Assembly: GCF_006345805.1 (NCBI RefSeq)
Contig: NC_043004.1
Location: 39,370,001 to 39,434,000 of the forward strand
Direction: 5' to 3'
Source of the DNA: Octopus sinensis
Taxonomy: Eukaryota
Length of the DNA: 64,000 nt
Of the stretch, positions 38,980 to 52,037 are shown piece after piece (within the stretch, counting starts at the first letter, position 1; every line of letters begins with the position of its first letter). A model generated the notes under the pieces. That model saw only the letters and a list, made by a program, of their open reading frames with translations. It was not told where the DNA came from and searched no databases. The translations under genes were made by a program, and so were the position numbers.

Positions 38980-39390
38980 AAACCAAATTATGTATAATCA
39001 GTACCGGCTAAAAATAAATAAACAAATAACGAAATTCAATATATATCATTAGATAAATAAGTGCTCTCAGCTGTTTAGTAAGAGCTCCATGACAAACCAG
39101 TTAAGTAAAGTAAAATATTTTTCTAATATAAAATAAGACTTTTTTCAAAAATTGTTCTTGTGTTTAATGTCGACCCTGTATAAGGAACGCTTTCCTTTTA
39201 TTTATTTATTTATTTATTATTTGTTTGTTTGTTTGTTTTTATGGTAATTTATAGCTTTATTTTATTTATTTTTTTTTATATTGCTATTTTTCATTACATC
39301 CTTATCTCTATGTTAGATGTAGTTTATGAAGTTTATATATCTCAGATGCTATGTCCTCTGTGATGAAAGCAACTGTTTGCGGTTGTTTAC
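38980..39390 (+). repeat. Old unclassified interspersed repeat, copy 2
   Basis: See 24470-24910. Confidence 0.7.
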
Positions 39391-39529
39391 CAAAAACACA
39401 TGCTATAGATATATCTCAGATGTCACTGATGCATTGAAATCAGTCCGTACAGATTCTATAAAAGTTAGAATAAATATTATAGTCAGGTAGTAACAACCAT
39501 CATACGATATTCCTGGTTTGGATGGTTGT

Positions 39530-39583
<54 letters not shown>

Positions 39584-39745
39584 GCATCTTCTTCCAATTC
39601 TGTTTCTATTTCTTGCCGAGTGTCTAGAGTGTGATAGAGAAAAAGGAGAAAATAAAAGAAAAAATAGAAAAGTGAACATAAAGGAGGGAAAGGAAAGAAA
39701 ATTGACAGCAACAATGCTTATCATTATTATTATTATTATTATTAT

Positions 39746-40291
39746 TGAGTGAGAGAGCAGTGCATGCCATCAAAGTGACACTGGGGTAAAATATACGAAG
39801 CCCAATATACCCATCATGACTACCCGTCTGATAAAGGTACACCAGGCACATGCATCACAACCATATGTGCGCGACATGGTGATCTCATATCAAGATAAAC
39901 AGCACATGACCTTGCAGGTGGGGCCCAGTTAGAATTTTCTTCAGATTGAGTAGCCCATCCCGCTCAAACGGTCCCTGAATAAGGGTTGTTTAAGGAGTTG
40001 AAAGAACCACCCATGTTTCCAGAGGTGAACTATTCAAACCCCAAAGAATCCCTCTCAACACATGGCTATGATGCTCCCCCACTACTTCTGCTCGTGATCA
40101 GAGATGCACATATTGTCAGCCACGAAGGGACATGCTCAACTGGTTAAGGTCAACAACTGACAAGCAAATCTGTGGTATTGAGCAGAATATTGCTGTAGCC
40201 CATCTTTTATACCAAGACAAAACAATGTACATGATAACACTTCCAATCAGTTAAGATCAGAAGCCATGAGAGCCACTGTCTGGTACTGCAT
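39746..40291 (-). mobile_element. About 550-bp non-coding element embedded in (TAA)n
   Basis: Reverse complement of 45314-45869; TTA arrays on both sides. Confidence 0.9.
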
Positions 40292-40306
40292 CTATTATTA
40301 TTATTA

Positions 40307-40381
<75 letters not shown>

Positions 40382-40394
40382 TGTTATTATTATT

Positions 40395-41000
40395 TTCATT
40401 ATCATCTTCTTTCAATTCTGTTTTCATTTATTGCCGAGTATCTTCCTGACACCTGGGGCAGAGAAACGCACTGTAAACATTCGTAAGCCATTGAAATAAA
40501 CACACCAAATTGTCCGCTTACAAAGTCGTGTGATAGAGAAAAATGGGAAGAAAGACAGAGAGAAAAATAAAAAAGTAAACAAAGAAAATAAAGGGGAAAA
40601 GGGAAAGAAAATTCACAACGATAATGTCCTACTCAGTCGCGTGACGTACCAATTAAGACAATCTTTTGCACTTCCTATATGGATGATAATCCAGGGATTA
40701 TTCTTAAATAATTTTCAGTTCCTTTTTGGAGCAGTCGAAGTGCTCCTACAATCACTGGTATTGTAACAGTCTTGAGATGCCACATCTTTTCGATTTCGAT
40801 GAGCATATCTTTATATTCTCTGAGCTTATCAAATTCTTTTGTCAAGATATTATACTCACAGAGTATGCTCATGTCAATCAGTAAACAGGCGTTATTGTTT
40901 TGGTTTTTCACAATATCTTATGTTGTTTCCAGATTAACCATAGGACAAGTGATCTGGTGTATTGTTTTAGTTTTACTTTTTGTTTCATTAGACTTATTTG
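40395..41000 (-). mobile_element. R4/Dong-type LINE 3' end (RLE domain, 3' UTR, TAA tail)
   Basis: CLLIDMSI...KEFDKLREYKDMLIEIEKMWHLKTVTIPVIVGAL...; its UTR is partly repeated at 39583-39720. Confidence 0.85.
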
Positions 41001-41304
41001 AGCGCCATTAAAATTATTAGTATTGAACACTGCATTGTGGAAGATGTAGAGACGGTTGTTGTCTCTGCAACTAATGTCGACTCCGCCATTAATACCATCA
41101 TAGTTACTTTAACGTTTCTTTTACAGCATTGCTCATCGTTAGTTACCACCAATAGTGTCTTGGTCTGTATCGTTGTAGCTCACCTTTGTAGCTATGGTGA
41201 CAGTATAACTGTTATTTATTTAAAACTGCCATCTTTGCTACTACTACTGTGTGGTATTGTGAAATGTTTAGTTTCGACTTTTGTCTTGTACTTGAGGTAA
41301 TCAT

Positions 41305-41470
41305 AAATATGGAGGCTGATTATAGCGTTCAGAACAAGCTCTTGAACAAAACTGATCAAGGCAAAGATCGACAAAACTCAGTCAGGCAGCAAATGTAGAA
41401 TCTGTAGGAAATGAGACGACAGAATCGATCACATTTTGTGTGAATACAGTATACTAACACAAAAGGTGCT
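41305..41470 (+). mobile_element. R4/Dong-type LINE zinc-knuckle fragment
   Basis: EQAL.TKLIKAKIDKTQSGSKCRICRK.D.RIDHILCE. Confidence 0.7.
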
Positions 41471-41479
41471 TTAGTTATC

Positions 41480-41990
41480 AGGAGTGTTTTGCTAAGATTT
41501 GGTAGCAACAAGTCTTCTCCAGTCTCAATATTTCTTAAGATTTTTGCAGAATACAGGATTTCACTTTTCTGAGTGAATCAATAGCAGTATCCTTCAGCTT
41601 ATTAGATAGTACTTTGGGTGTTGTGCCAAGCTGCCAATTACAACAATTGTCCCCTTTGACATCCACAATTCCTTCATATCTCTGGTTAGGTCCTGATATT
41701 TTCAGTTTTCTCAGTTTCGTTTATATACATTCTAGTATCACATAGTAGTACAACGTCTGTGAAATTATAATACGTTTTCTAATTTTTTACCCCAACAATC
41801 ATATCTGGTATACTTGCTTCAATAAAATTTTTGATAGTAATTTATCAAGTATTTCTATTCAAATCCTGTAATTATCATTAGCCCACGCTTCCTCTGGCTC
41901 GCGTTCATAATACGCTTCTTTCCCTTTGAGCCCCCACACTCGGCTAACATCCCAAAGACCGTATTTATCAAAAAATCTATCATTTGGAAG
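41480..41990 (-). mobile_element. R4/Dong-type LINE C-terminal fragment
   Basis: WDVSRVWGLKGKEAYYEREPEEAWANDNYRI and KYQDLTRDMKELW...GSLGTTPK remnants. Confidence 0.7.
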
Positions 41991-42089
41991 AATGATATAT
42001 TTGCTGCTTTCTATAGAATCCGAATAAATTAAAGAGCATTTCATTTATTTAAATATTTTATTTTTACGTTTTGTGCTCGAATCAGCCAA

Positions 42090-42420
42090 GTTCAATATTG
42101 ACATTTCTTGTGAACTCAATGAAATAAAATATCAATCAATTACTTATGAATACTTAATCTAATGTTGTCTACATCTTTGTTCCTATGCTAGACATCAACG
42201 TTATTGTCAACAAGAGTCTGTAAAATGAAAGTAGCAGACGATTTTGAGGATTTCTATTTCTCTCATCCATTTCAAAACAATTCTATATCACCACGCCAAC
42301 ATATGTATAATCTTGAATATTTACTTAGTGACAAGTTCAACATTACTGCAACAAGAACACTGAAGTAACTGCTTCATTAATGAGGCTGTATTATTTCGAA
42401 ACATTTTATCTGTTTTCTTA
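42090..42420 (+). mobile_element. Degenerate Penelope-like RT thumb fragment
   Basis: FSHPFQNNSISPRQ resembles the PLE S.HP...K.SIPYSQ motif. Confidence 0.4.
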
Positions 42421-42699
42421 TTGGTCACTGAATTAAGAAAAATAATATTTCGTAGTTGTATCTGTTAGGCATGTGACTTGTTCTGGAACTCTGAGCTGAA
42501 ACTGAAATTTCGGAGGATCGGTTTATCTATGAAAGAACACACGTGTTCTGTTAATTTTCTGTTTATTTATTTAAAGTATCCTGTTTTTATCAAGTGTCTC
42601 TAAGAAATAAAACCTGAAAATATTAAGCAAATTGCCGATAGGGAGTAACACAAGGAGGAGAGTGAGAAACAATATTGCAGTTAAAGCTGAATTCAAAAA

Positions 42700-43480
42700 A
42701 TGGTAGTGAAGCAAAAATGCAAGAGCAGTAAGGGTGATCAAACATGGAGTTGGAATTGCAATCCGGACAAAAAGTGGCATGCAGAAACATGACAGGAAAA
42801 CTAGAAAGTTGTTGACGATGTATGGTGCCCACCAGCTGAAAGCTGATATTAACCAGTTGTACTTGAAGAGAGACCTGGATGTAAGAGGCATACTTGCTGC
42901 GGAAGAGTGTGTACAGATGGAAAGACATAGCCTACAAGAATATTTACAGAACCGCGCAGAGAAACTGCTAAAGATAGTGGATAAAGGACAGGTGATCAAG
43001 TGTAGAATAGGAGAAAAGAACAGGAATTAAATTCAAAGAGAGTATATTAAATTGAAGAGAAACCTTTGCATAGTAAGTTCAGGAAAGCCACTGAGGATGT
43101 ATGTGGAGCAAAAAGGTGAGCTTGGTTGAAACAAGGGCAACTGAAAAAAAAAAAGAACTGAAGGCTTTATTATAGCAGCTCAAGATCAAGCGTTAAAAGA
43201 GAGAAAAGAACTTGGGGAGAAGATACCATCAAAATGTAGAGAGTGCGGAGTTGGGAATGAAACAGTGGCACATATTGTTGCAGAATGATACAAGATGGCT
43301 CAGGTGAATATTAGAAATGGATAAATGACTAAGTTGTGAAAGTTTTGCAATGGAAATTTTTCAGAAATGGGGATTTGAAGCTGGAAGTACTTAATATGGT
43401 CACCGGGTTGAACGAGTGCCTTAGTCGCAGAAATGCAAGATTTTATGGTATTTTCCTATTCAAACGGATATGAAGCCAGG
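42700..43480 (+). mobile_element. R4/Dong-type LINE, post-RT region
   Basis: DRKTRKLLTMYGAHQLKADINQLYLKR...RGILAAEECVQME; EGFIIAAQDQAL; KCRECGVGNETVAHIVAEC. Confidence 0.85.
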
Positions 43481-43492
43481 AAATAAACCGAA

Positions 43493-43494
<2 letters not shown>

Positions 43495-43558
<64 letters not shown>

Positions 43559-43566
43559 ACAATAAC

Positions 43567-43607
<41 letters not shown>

Positions 43608-43611
43608 CAAC

Positions 43612-43666
<55 letters not shown>

Positions 43667-43874
43667 TAATAATAATAATAACAACAGAACACTTTCAATA
43701 CAGTAATCATCAGAGCATCACAACAAATCACATCACATACCCAAGGCACACAGAGCTGCGCTCGGTAGTGAAGTGAAAGCACGTTATAAAACTAAAAGTA
43801 CTGAATGATGATAATAATATAATAATAATAACAACAATAACAACAACAACAGCAACAACAACAACAACAACAAC

Positions 43875-43930
<56 letters not shown>
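43495..43930. repeat. (TTA)n/(TAA)n arrays with a short inserted spacer
   Basis: Visible; switches from TTA to TAA at about 43553. Confidence 0.9.
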
Positions 43931-43932
<2 letters not shown>

Positions 43933-44714
43933 GAGAAGGAAAAGTGAAGATCTAACGTGTCCGTTTGATTCCGGGATTGTAAAGAAAAATGAAAAATTAT
44001 AAAAATACAATCCATTAATATGTAAAATCGAGAGAATTTGGAATGTGAATTTGTGCCTGTAATAATTAGTGTATTAGAGGCTGTGAGTAATGATGTAGAC
44101 AAGGGGATTAGCAGGAACGTTCTATAGAGCTTCGACAGAGAGTTTACCTCTCAGGAACAAGAAAAAACTATCAGTAGGATTATGAGCCCTGGAAAGATTA
44201 TTGAAAGCTGGTGGAAATTTTAGTTTACTGGTAGTAACATGATCTCCGCATAAATTCTACCAAATCTTAGTCAAATCAAACGATATTAATGATAGCGGTC
44301 CGTTCTGCATCTTGGCACAAGGCCTGAAATTTTGGCAGGGAGAGACTAATCGGTTTCATAGACGTAATGCTCAAATAATGCTTCGGGAGAATTTGAAATC
44401 GGAGAGTAAAAATAGACGAAATACCACGAAGCAATTTGTGTGGAATGTTAACGATTCTACCAGCTCCCCACTTTAACAATAATAAGCCTTTCTCCTATAG
44501 GCACAAGGCCTAAAATTTTGAGGGAGGGGGTTGTCGATTACATCAGTCCTAGTACTGAACTGGCGCTTATTTCATCAACCCTGAAAGGATGAAAAGCAAA
44601 GTCAACCCCGGCAGAATTTGAATTCAGTATGTAAAGACGGCGAAATGCCAATAAGCAGTCGGAGACTAGCAAAATCCTCTGGGATTTCCCAATCCCAAAA
44701 TATCAGGTGTAAGA

Positions 44715-45180
44715 GCATAACAGACCGGACCTAGTAGTGGTGGTGAACAAGGTGCACCACATATGTTATATAGTTGACGTTGCATGCCGTTTTGACCCAC
44801 GAATAGTCAAGAAGGAAGGCGAAAATATAGGCCTCAGCATGGCCACAGCTCGTGAGCTGAAACTAGAATCAATCAAAAATAGATACTACCCTCTTAAGTA
44901 CGAAATAGTCCGGTTATAAAAAAATGAAGAAGGTGAAGATAGTGCCAATTATTGTCGAGTCCTTGGGAACAGTATCAGAAGGAATCAAGAGGAATATAAA
45001 GGAAATTGGAATAGAGTGCCCAGTAGAACTGTTACAAAAGGTTTGCCTCCTTGGCACCGCCAAAATAATCAGGAAAATATTAGCTGAAAAGAAAAAATAG
45101 GATGGTATTGTAGGCTACAGGTAGTAAGCCCACTACGCCTGCGAGAATCCAGGAGCGTCGACAAAACCTGTGATAAAGCG
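44715..45180 (+). mobile_element. R4/Dong-type LINE 3' end followed by (TAA)n(TAG)n
   Basis: NRPDLVVVVNKVHHICYIVDVAC.FD...KYEIVRL...KIVPIIV..LGTVSEG...LLQKVCLLGTAKIIRKILA; 3' UTR runs into TAA at 45181. Confidence 0.88.
44828..44875 (+). mobile_element. 48-nt retroposed tail-only insertion
   Basis: taggcctcagcATGGCCacAGCTCgtGAGCTGAAACtagaatcaatca flanked by the direct repeat AAAATA (44822-44827, 44876-44881); removing it restores the RLE frame (KEGENRYYPLKYEIVRL). Confidence 0.75.
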
Positions 45181-45300
<120 letters not shown>

Positions 45301-45313
45301 ATAATAATAATAA

Positions 45314-45868
45314 ATGCCCTGATGCAGTACTAGGCAGCGGCTCTCATGGCTTCTGATCTTAACTGTTTGGAAGTCTTATCATGTACATGTTTTGTCTTGG
45401 CATGAAAGATAGGCTACAGCAAATATTCTGCTCAATACCACAGATTTGCTTGTCAGTTGTTTGACCATAACCAGTTGACCATGTCCCTTAGTGGCTGACG
45501 ATATGTGCATCTCTGATCATGAGCAGAAGTAGTGGGGGAGCATCATAGCCGTGTGTTGAAAGGAATTCTTAGAGGTTTGGATAATTCACCTTTGGAAACA
45601 TGGGTGGTACGTTCAACGTCCTTAAACAATCCTTATTCAGGGACCTTTTGAGCAGGATGGTCTACTCGACCAGAAGAAAATTCTAACTGGGCCCCACCTG
45701 CAAGGTCATGTGCTGTTTATCTTGATATGAGATCACCATGTCGTGCACGTATGGTTGTGATGCATGTGCCTAGTGTAGCCTTATCAGACGTGTAGTCATG
45801 ATGGGTATACTGGGCTTCGTATATTTTACCCCAGTGTCACTTTGATGGCATGCACTGCTCTCTCACTC

Positions 45869-45869
<1 letters not shown>
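45314..45869 (+). mobile_element. About 555-bp non-coding element embedded in (TAA)n
   Basis: Starts aatgccctgatgcagtac and ends gcactgctctctcactc(AAT)n; second copy at 39746. Confidence 0.9.
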
Positions 45870-45934
<65 letters not shown>

Positions 45935-45959
45935 GATAATGATAATGATAATAATAATA

Positions 45960-46016
<57 letters not shown>

Positions 46017-46050
46017 TAATAATAATATAATAATAATAATAATAATAATA

Positions 46051-46085
<35 letters not shown>

Positions 46086-46089
46086 TAAC

Positions 46090-46163
<74 letters not shown>

Positions 46164-46523
46164 AATTAAAGCGTAATCAATGTCACTGCCGGCGACACTC
46201 TTGGATTGTCGATCCCTGATAGCATAGATCAACTGATTAGAAAGGAAAGCATATTTTATTTGGGGCAAAAATATTTAATTAGCATTTGAAACTTTTGCAA
46301 TTAACGAGAGCCTAATAACAGTAAGGAAATGTCAGATATTCATAGAGGAACGATGGTTAATAAGAGTCGTTATAGCCGATTATGTTTTAATGTACTTTAT
46401 ACAGATGTCTTCAATGTGTAAAGTGAAATACGATTCAACTGATGCAAGATAAAGTACAGGATTTAGTTTAATATTTCTATTTTGGAAATGTCTAACCTTT
46501 AAAATACATACATACATACATAC

Positions 46524-46587
<64 letters not shown>

Positions 46588-47452
46588 CAGATAGATGAAG
46601 AGAATAAGGAGTAAGATTGGTATTTGAATATTAGAGATATTTGTATATATTTGATGTTTCTTTTCATGTGTATGTGTGTGACTATGTGTATGTGTGCACG
46701 CGCGCGTGTGTGTGAGTTTACATAAATATAAATACGAACCACTCACATTGAAAAAAGTAAGCATATGCATACGCATACAGAAAAGTCAACATAACCACAT
46801 TTAAACACAAATATATTATCTATTCTCAGCACTGCTCTTTAATAATTTATAATGTAGCTTCCACTACGTAAACCTTTTACTCAACCTAGGTGGGGAATCT
46901 CATTTTAATGAAGAAAATTACGACATATGATACAACTTCTCTAATTTAACATTTGGAATTAGGTGTAATTAATTCCTAGTGGAAATTATGAAACTTCTCT
47001 GACACACAAGTGTCTGCAACTTTTGCAATATCAGCCTAGTCGTAAAAATGTAACAGTTAAAAACCGTAGACGGTTGGATGGCTGAAATCTCACCACAAGT
47101 AGCATAATGCGTCAAAATGCAAGACGCTTTACATATCCCCCATCGGTAAAATACAGATTGGATTTCAATCTGGCTTTATTATATCATTCTAACTTACAAA
47201 ATGTTTGACAACGTCAACTCAACAGTTATCTTAACATTCACTGCTTATTTACTTCGCATCTAGCGAAGTAAATAGCACATGGTTGCTGATGGATGAAGGG
47301 GAACAGGTGCGTGCAATCCATATCCAAGAGGGACTTATTAATTCTAACAAGCACAGTAACCTAGATGTAAATAAAAACCATAGTGAGTTACATCACGTTG
47401 GTGTTGCTTTGCAAGATGTCTTGGCAAATGATAAACGTTTAGTGAGATTATA

Positions 47453-47798
47453 GTGAAGGCGCATGGCTCAGTGGTTAGAGTATCAGGCTGATAATCATGA
47501 GGTAGTGAGTTTCGATTTCTGGACCGAGCTGTGCGTTGTGTTCTTGAGCAAGATACTTTATTTCGCAGTGCTCCAGTTCACTTAGTTGTACAAATAGTTG
47601 CGACGTTATTGGTGCCAAGCTGTGTCGGCCTCTTTGCCTTTCCCTTGGATGACACTGGTGGCGTGGATAGGGGAGGCCGGTATGCATGGGCGACTGCTGG
47701 TCTTCCATAACAACTTTGCCAGGACTTGTGCCTCGGAGGGTAACTTTCTAGGTGCAATCTCATGGATATCCATGACCAAAGGGGGTCTATACCCCTTT
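47453..47798 (+). mobile_element. tRNA/CORE-like SINE
   Basis: A box TGGCTCAGTGG, B-box-like GTTTCGATTTC, CORE-like tgtgttcttgagcaagatacttt. Confidence 0.88.
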
Positions 47799-48031
47799 TT
47801 AGTAAGGAAATCAAAGTCTCTTCTTGTCAGTCAACACAAATTGTAGACATTTTTTAACGAATTCTGTATCATTCGTAACAATGAAAGTAGACAAAGCGGC
47901 CAATTTGCAGAGTCGATAGAGTCGGTTACCTTACTTTGTTGTAATTTTTCCGTATATTTGCGCCGTGAGTTCAAATCCCACCACAGTAATCTTTGCTTTT
48001 GTAATTTTGGGGTTCAGAATTTAAGTGCTTA

Positions 48032-49289
48032 GTGCATTCCGGAGGTTTTGAGACCTTTTTTAAGAGAGGTAGTTACAGCTGTCTAGATAATTGCAATTTA
48101 ATATATCATTAATATACATAAGCTGATCTGGCAACTTTTGTTATTGCAGACTAAAGGAGACGACGTAATAGCACTTTGAACACACCCTACTAAACACTGC
48201 TGGTCACAGTGGACTAGTTTACAGAATGCAGTCAGGACATGAAGACAATTTGGAAGCTCGCTTTGTAATAAAGCTTAGAATTAACTGGACACAAATGCAA
48301 CAGAAACTTATGAAATGTTCTAAACTACTTATGGATTAACCTGTGTGAACTGAGCATCTGAGGTTAGAGGACGGTAGAGAGGCTGAGAAATACGAAGAGG
48401 CGTGAGGAAGGGAGAAGTATCTCACAACATCAAAAATGATTGAGAAAATTTACTATTTTTCTGGATGAAGACCGTCCTGTGTCTATAAAGACAATAAGCA
48501 CACAGTTTGGAGTTGGTGTGACAACTGTGCGGAGAAGTAGACTTGAAGGCCTGAACGTGTGTGAAATTTGTTCAAAATTTGTTCCCATGGTGCTCAGTGA
48601 CGAACAGAAGGGAAGACGCGTTGGTGACAGATGGTTGAGCTCATTACCTCTCATCTAACATACTCGAATCTTTGATGACTTGTGACGAAAGCTGGTTCTA
48701 CTGTTATGATCCATAGACCAGGATCCAAGAAGGCCATGCCAAGAAAATCCACCGGGAAACTCTTGATGATCTCCTTTTTTGATAGCAAGGACATCCTCTA
48801 CACGTACTGGATTTTCTCTGGCCAGACGGTTGCAAAGAGTACTCTGTAGCAGATTTGAAAGAGTTCATGAAGACATTTGTTCACGAAGGCCAAAGCCCTT
48901 CCATTAGTGTCGGTGGTATCTGCAATGCACGGAATACATTTCCATTCTGGCAACCAACTACTTGACAGAGATGGACATCAAAACTGTCCTTTATCTTCTC
49001 CTCAAGCCGGACCTTACTCCTTGTGACTTTTGATCATTCTCTAAGCTGACGAAGAACCTGAGGGGTAATTGTTTTCAAGATATTGATATGAACTGAGATG
49101 ATGCAGGCTATAACAGGTATTCAGAACACTCTTACCTTGGAGAAACTCCATAGGGTCCTCATGACGTGGCTGTAAAGCTACAGCAAGTGTGCTGAAGTCA
49201 TGGAATCCAACCTTGAAGCGATTAGAATTTTGCTTTTCTTTGAAAGTCTCTCTTACAAATATCTCCAAGGCTCTGGAATGCACCTCGTA
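48032..49289 (+). mobile_element. Decayed mariner (DD34D) element, about 1.26 kb
   Basis: EDRPVSIKTISTQFGV...KFVP.VLSDEQK, TCDESW (48678), PDLTPCDF (about 49007); degenerate TIRs gtgcattcc.gag..tt.gaga...taagagag, right end ...cacctcgTA. Confidence 0.88.
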
Positions 49290-49518
49290 CCAGTCTTATA
49301 ATGAGGTCGATTGTTCTCTTACTCTTACTATATCTGTCTTTTACTCTTACAAGAAGAAATCGGTTCTGGTCTGAACTGGAAAGGGATAGGCTCCGACGGG
49401 TCTCAAAATGCCCAAGACTCGCCCTATGTACATCACGACAGTACCATTACATTTTTATTAAGGCGGTAAGGATCCATGGCAATACTGTCACATTAGCAAA
49501 CAATTGTTTTATGTATCC

Positions 49519-49915
49519 TTAGTTAGTTAGTTAGTTAATTTGGCTCAAAAGCAAATAGCAAGGCCATGTAGGGGGACATGGAGTTAAGTACAGGGTGGTG
49601 TTCATGTAAAGAGTTCAGGCCACTTGAGGTCAAGGGAGGCTTTGAACAAAGCGGTCGTCGGCATCTTCACCATCTCGTCTGGCAGCTTGTTCCACGGATC
49701 CGCAACCCGGACGGAGAAAGCTCCTCTCCTTCGATTGAGATGAAATCGTCGCAGGTAGAGCTTTTCGGAATGACCCCGCAGCCGACGCTCTGGAGCAGGA
49801 GTGAAGAACAGCTCTTTCGAGAGGTTACACTTTCCGCTTATGATGTTGTGGGCGAGAATGAGATCACCACGGCGGCGGCGTTTTTCAAGAGAATAAAGGT
49901 CGAGCATATCCTATG
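49519..49915 (-). mobile_element. 5'-truncated CR1 LINE with uninterrupted ORF2 C-terminus
   Basis: LYSLEKRRRRGDLILAHNI...LRGHSEKL...FSVRVADPWNKLP...FKASLD (101 aa, no stops); (CTAA)n tail at 49519-49538. Confidence 0.92.
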
Positions 49916-51634
49916 CATATTCATTTTTCCTTTGTCTCTCTGCTGCTAAGAACTTGAGTTTATCATGTCCTTCAAGTCATTAAGAAAAGGATACATGGTT
50001 AAGGCAGGGCCACTTAAAGCAAGATTCATGTAGCAATAGTTGCATTACACTTATCAATAATGTTTATTTCTACTCTCTCTCTCTCTCTCTAAACAGACAT
50101 CACAGTGGTCAAAAAGATGTTTTGGTGGATACCTAACTGAATGGCTCAATCGAGCAATGAATGATTGAACTGATGGGAGAGGAGTATATATGTATGTTTG
50201 TGGCGAGAGAGAGAAAATGGTAAAGGAAAAAATGGATGAGGAGCATGTCGAGTGATTTACTAAGTAAACAAATTGTTCAGTGAGCATGCGCGTGTAGACG
50301 GAGAGTAATAATCAGTGGAGAAAGCGTGTACGTAATTGAAAAGATAGAGTAACTGAGTGAATGAAATATATTGTCAGTCAATCTGTTGTGAAGTGGGACA
50401 TATGGAACATAAAAACCATTCTTGCTTGGTCAACACTAAAGTCTTCTGTATTTTGCTGCTTTGCTTTGAATAAGAAAACATCCCAACTTTGACTATCCCT
50501 TCTTCTTTTGGGTGGGAGAGAAAAATACATTACGTATTTTTTGCTCTTCTATGACAATATCACGTTTATGACTAATGAGAGCTGTTTTCCTTTTTGAAGC
50601 GAGGTCATCTGAGGAAGGTGTGATTGCTATTTTTAGAAAGCTGTGCGACTGCATGATAGCTTCCATCTTGATTAATATATAGTGTTCAGAAACAAGGTTT
50701 CTGGACAGGTCCTGTATCTCTACGTTTTATTGATTGCATTTTACTTCAAAATCTCAGAAATGATTCGATTACGAATCAATACCATTCCACTCACACGGTT
50801 ATACAACAGATTCTTCATATGCTCAAAGATCTTGTACGTGGATTATTGACTGCTAGATTAATTACAACCCAAATAAATAAACGATGGCAGATAGCTTCCC
50901 GTATTGTGGAGGAGGGCTTCGTCACAGAAAATTACTTCACTGTTCTTGTCAGAGATAATGTATTTTGATTCCACGTCAAAGAGGAAATCTTTCAAAGTGG
51001 TTTAATTACTTCCCGAATGCCATACCCACATAGTTCTTCTCCAAAAAACAAAAAACAAAAAAAAAACAGGCCTGAATTCAACAATATTTTTCCCACAATG
51101 GATATAGGTATTTAAAAGACAAAACGCTTTGTTGTAACTTTGCTATTATCAGTTTGTATTGAGTAATCACAAAAGGCCTACAGTGTATTTAAAGTTAAAA
51201 ATAAATTAGTGATATTTTTACACTGTTTTCCAGGACATTCGTGGCCTACATAAAGTGAAATGGCTTTAATCAGTAATGCAAATCTCATCACAAAGTCGAC
51301 CTGTAAGAATCTTAGCGCCAATTTCTATGCTATTTATTGCTCTGCTTGCGTACAAAATAGGCAAGTCAGACATCTTGAAGTGTGAGAATGATACTCAATA
51401 TATTTGGTCAACATTTTACTAATTCCTCTTATGATATATGTGTGGTTCATTGGCATTTACAGTTAGTAATCTTTATCGATATAGCTATGTGAAATACTGA
51501 AGGCGGAATTACTTTAAGTGTTGTACACAGAAGTGTAATGATGTAACTTTTCAAATATAAATAAAGTATGTATGTATGTACGTATGTATGTACGTATGTA
51601 TGTACGCATATGTGTGTGTGTCTGTGTGTTATGT

Positions 51635-51666
<32 letters not shown>

Positions 51667-51705
51667 GGTCCCGGGTGAGTCGGGGAAGCTCCTTCTATAA
51701 AATAA

Positions 51706-51738
<33 letters not shown>

Positions 51739-51779
51739 CTTATATATATTATATATTATATATATATATATTATAGTCA

Positions 51780-51990
51780 ATATGTGAACCGCATGTGTAC
51801 GTTGGGATTTTTTTTCCTCCGTCTTCCCCTTCATTCGATCTTTCCTTTTCCTATGTTTCTGACGAAGAGCTCCGCTCGCAACGTTAAAACCCACCTTCTT
51901 TCCTTCCTTTCTGAGCATCCAATAATACTATATTGTTCACGTCCTCGCGTTGTTGTGTTTTCCTTTTGTGTTTTCATTGTTGGATTAACT
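51780..51990 (+). mobile_element. (TA)n-anchored element with HHR-like motif
   Basis: 51855-51890: gttt CTGACGA A GAGC tcc GCTC GCAAC GTT aaaac (A13C). Confidence 0.65.
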
Positions 51991-51997
51991 ATATATA

Positions 51998-52037
<40 letters not shown>

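Noticed and set aside
40998-41300. Hydrophobic 100-aa ORF
   Set aside because: Lies between LINE fragments; no motif or coherent splice sites.
41305-41990. Twin-priming inversion of one Dong insertion
   Set aside because: The fragments converge 3' to 3', the opposite of twin-priming geometry.
45314-45700. HDV-like ribozyme at the 5' end of the TAA-embedded element
   Set aside because: Candidate P1 partners are not followed by the GG needed for P1.1, and no P2/P3 could be placed.
50755-50965. About 70-codon open frame (NDSITNQ...VRDNVF) after a weak acceptor
   Set aside because: No good donor, no recognisable domain; length expected by chance.
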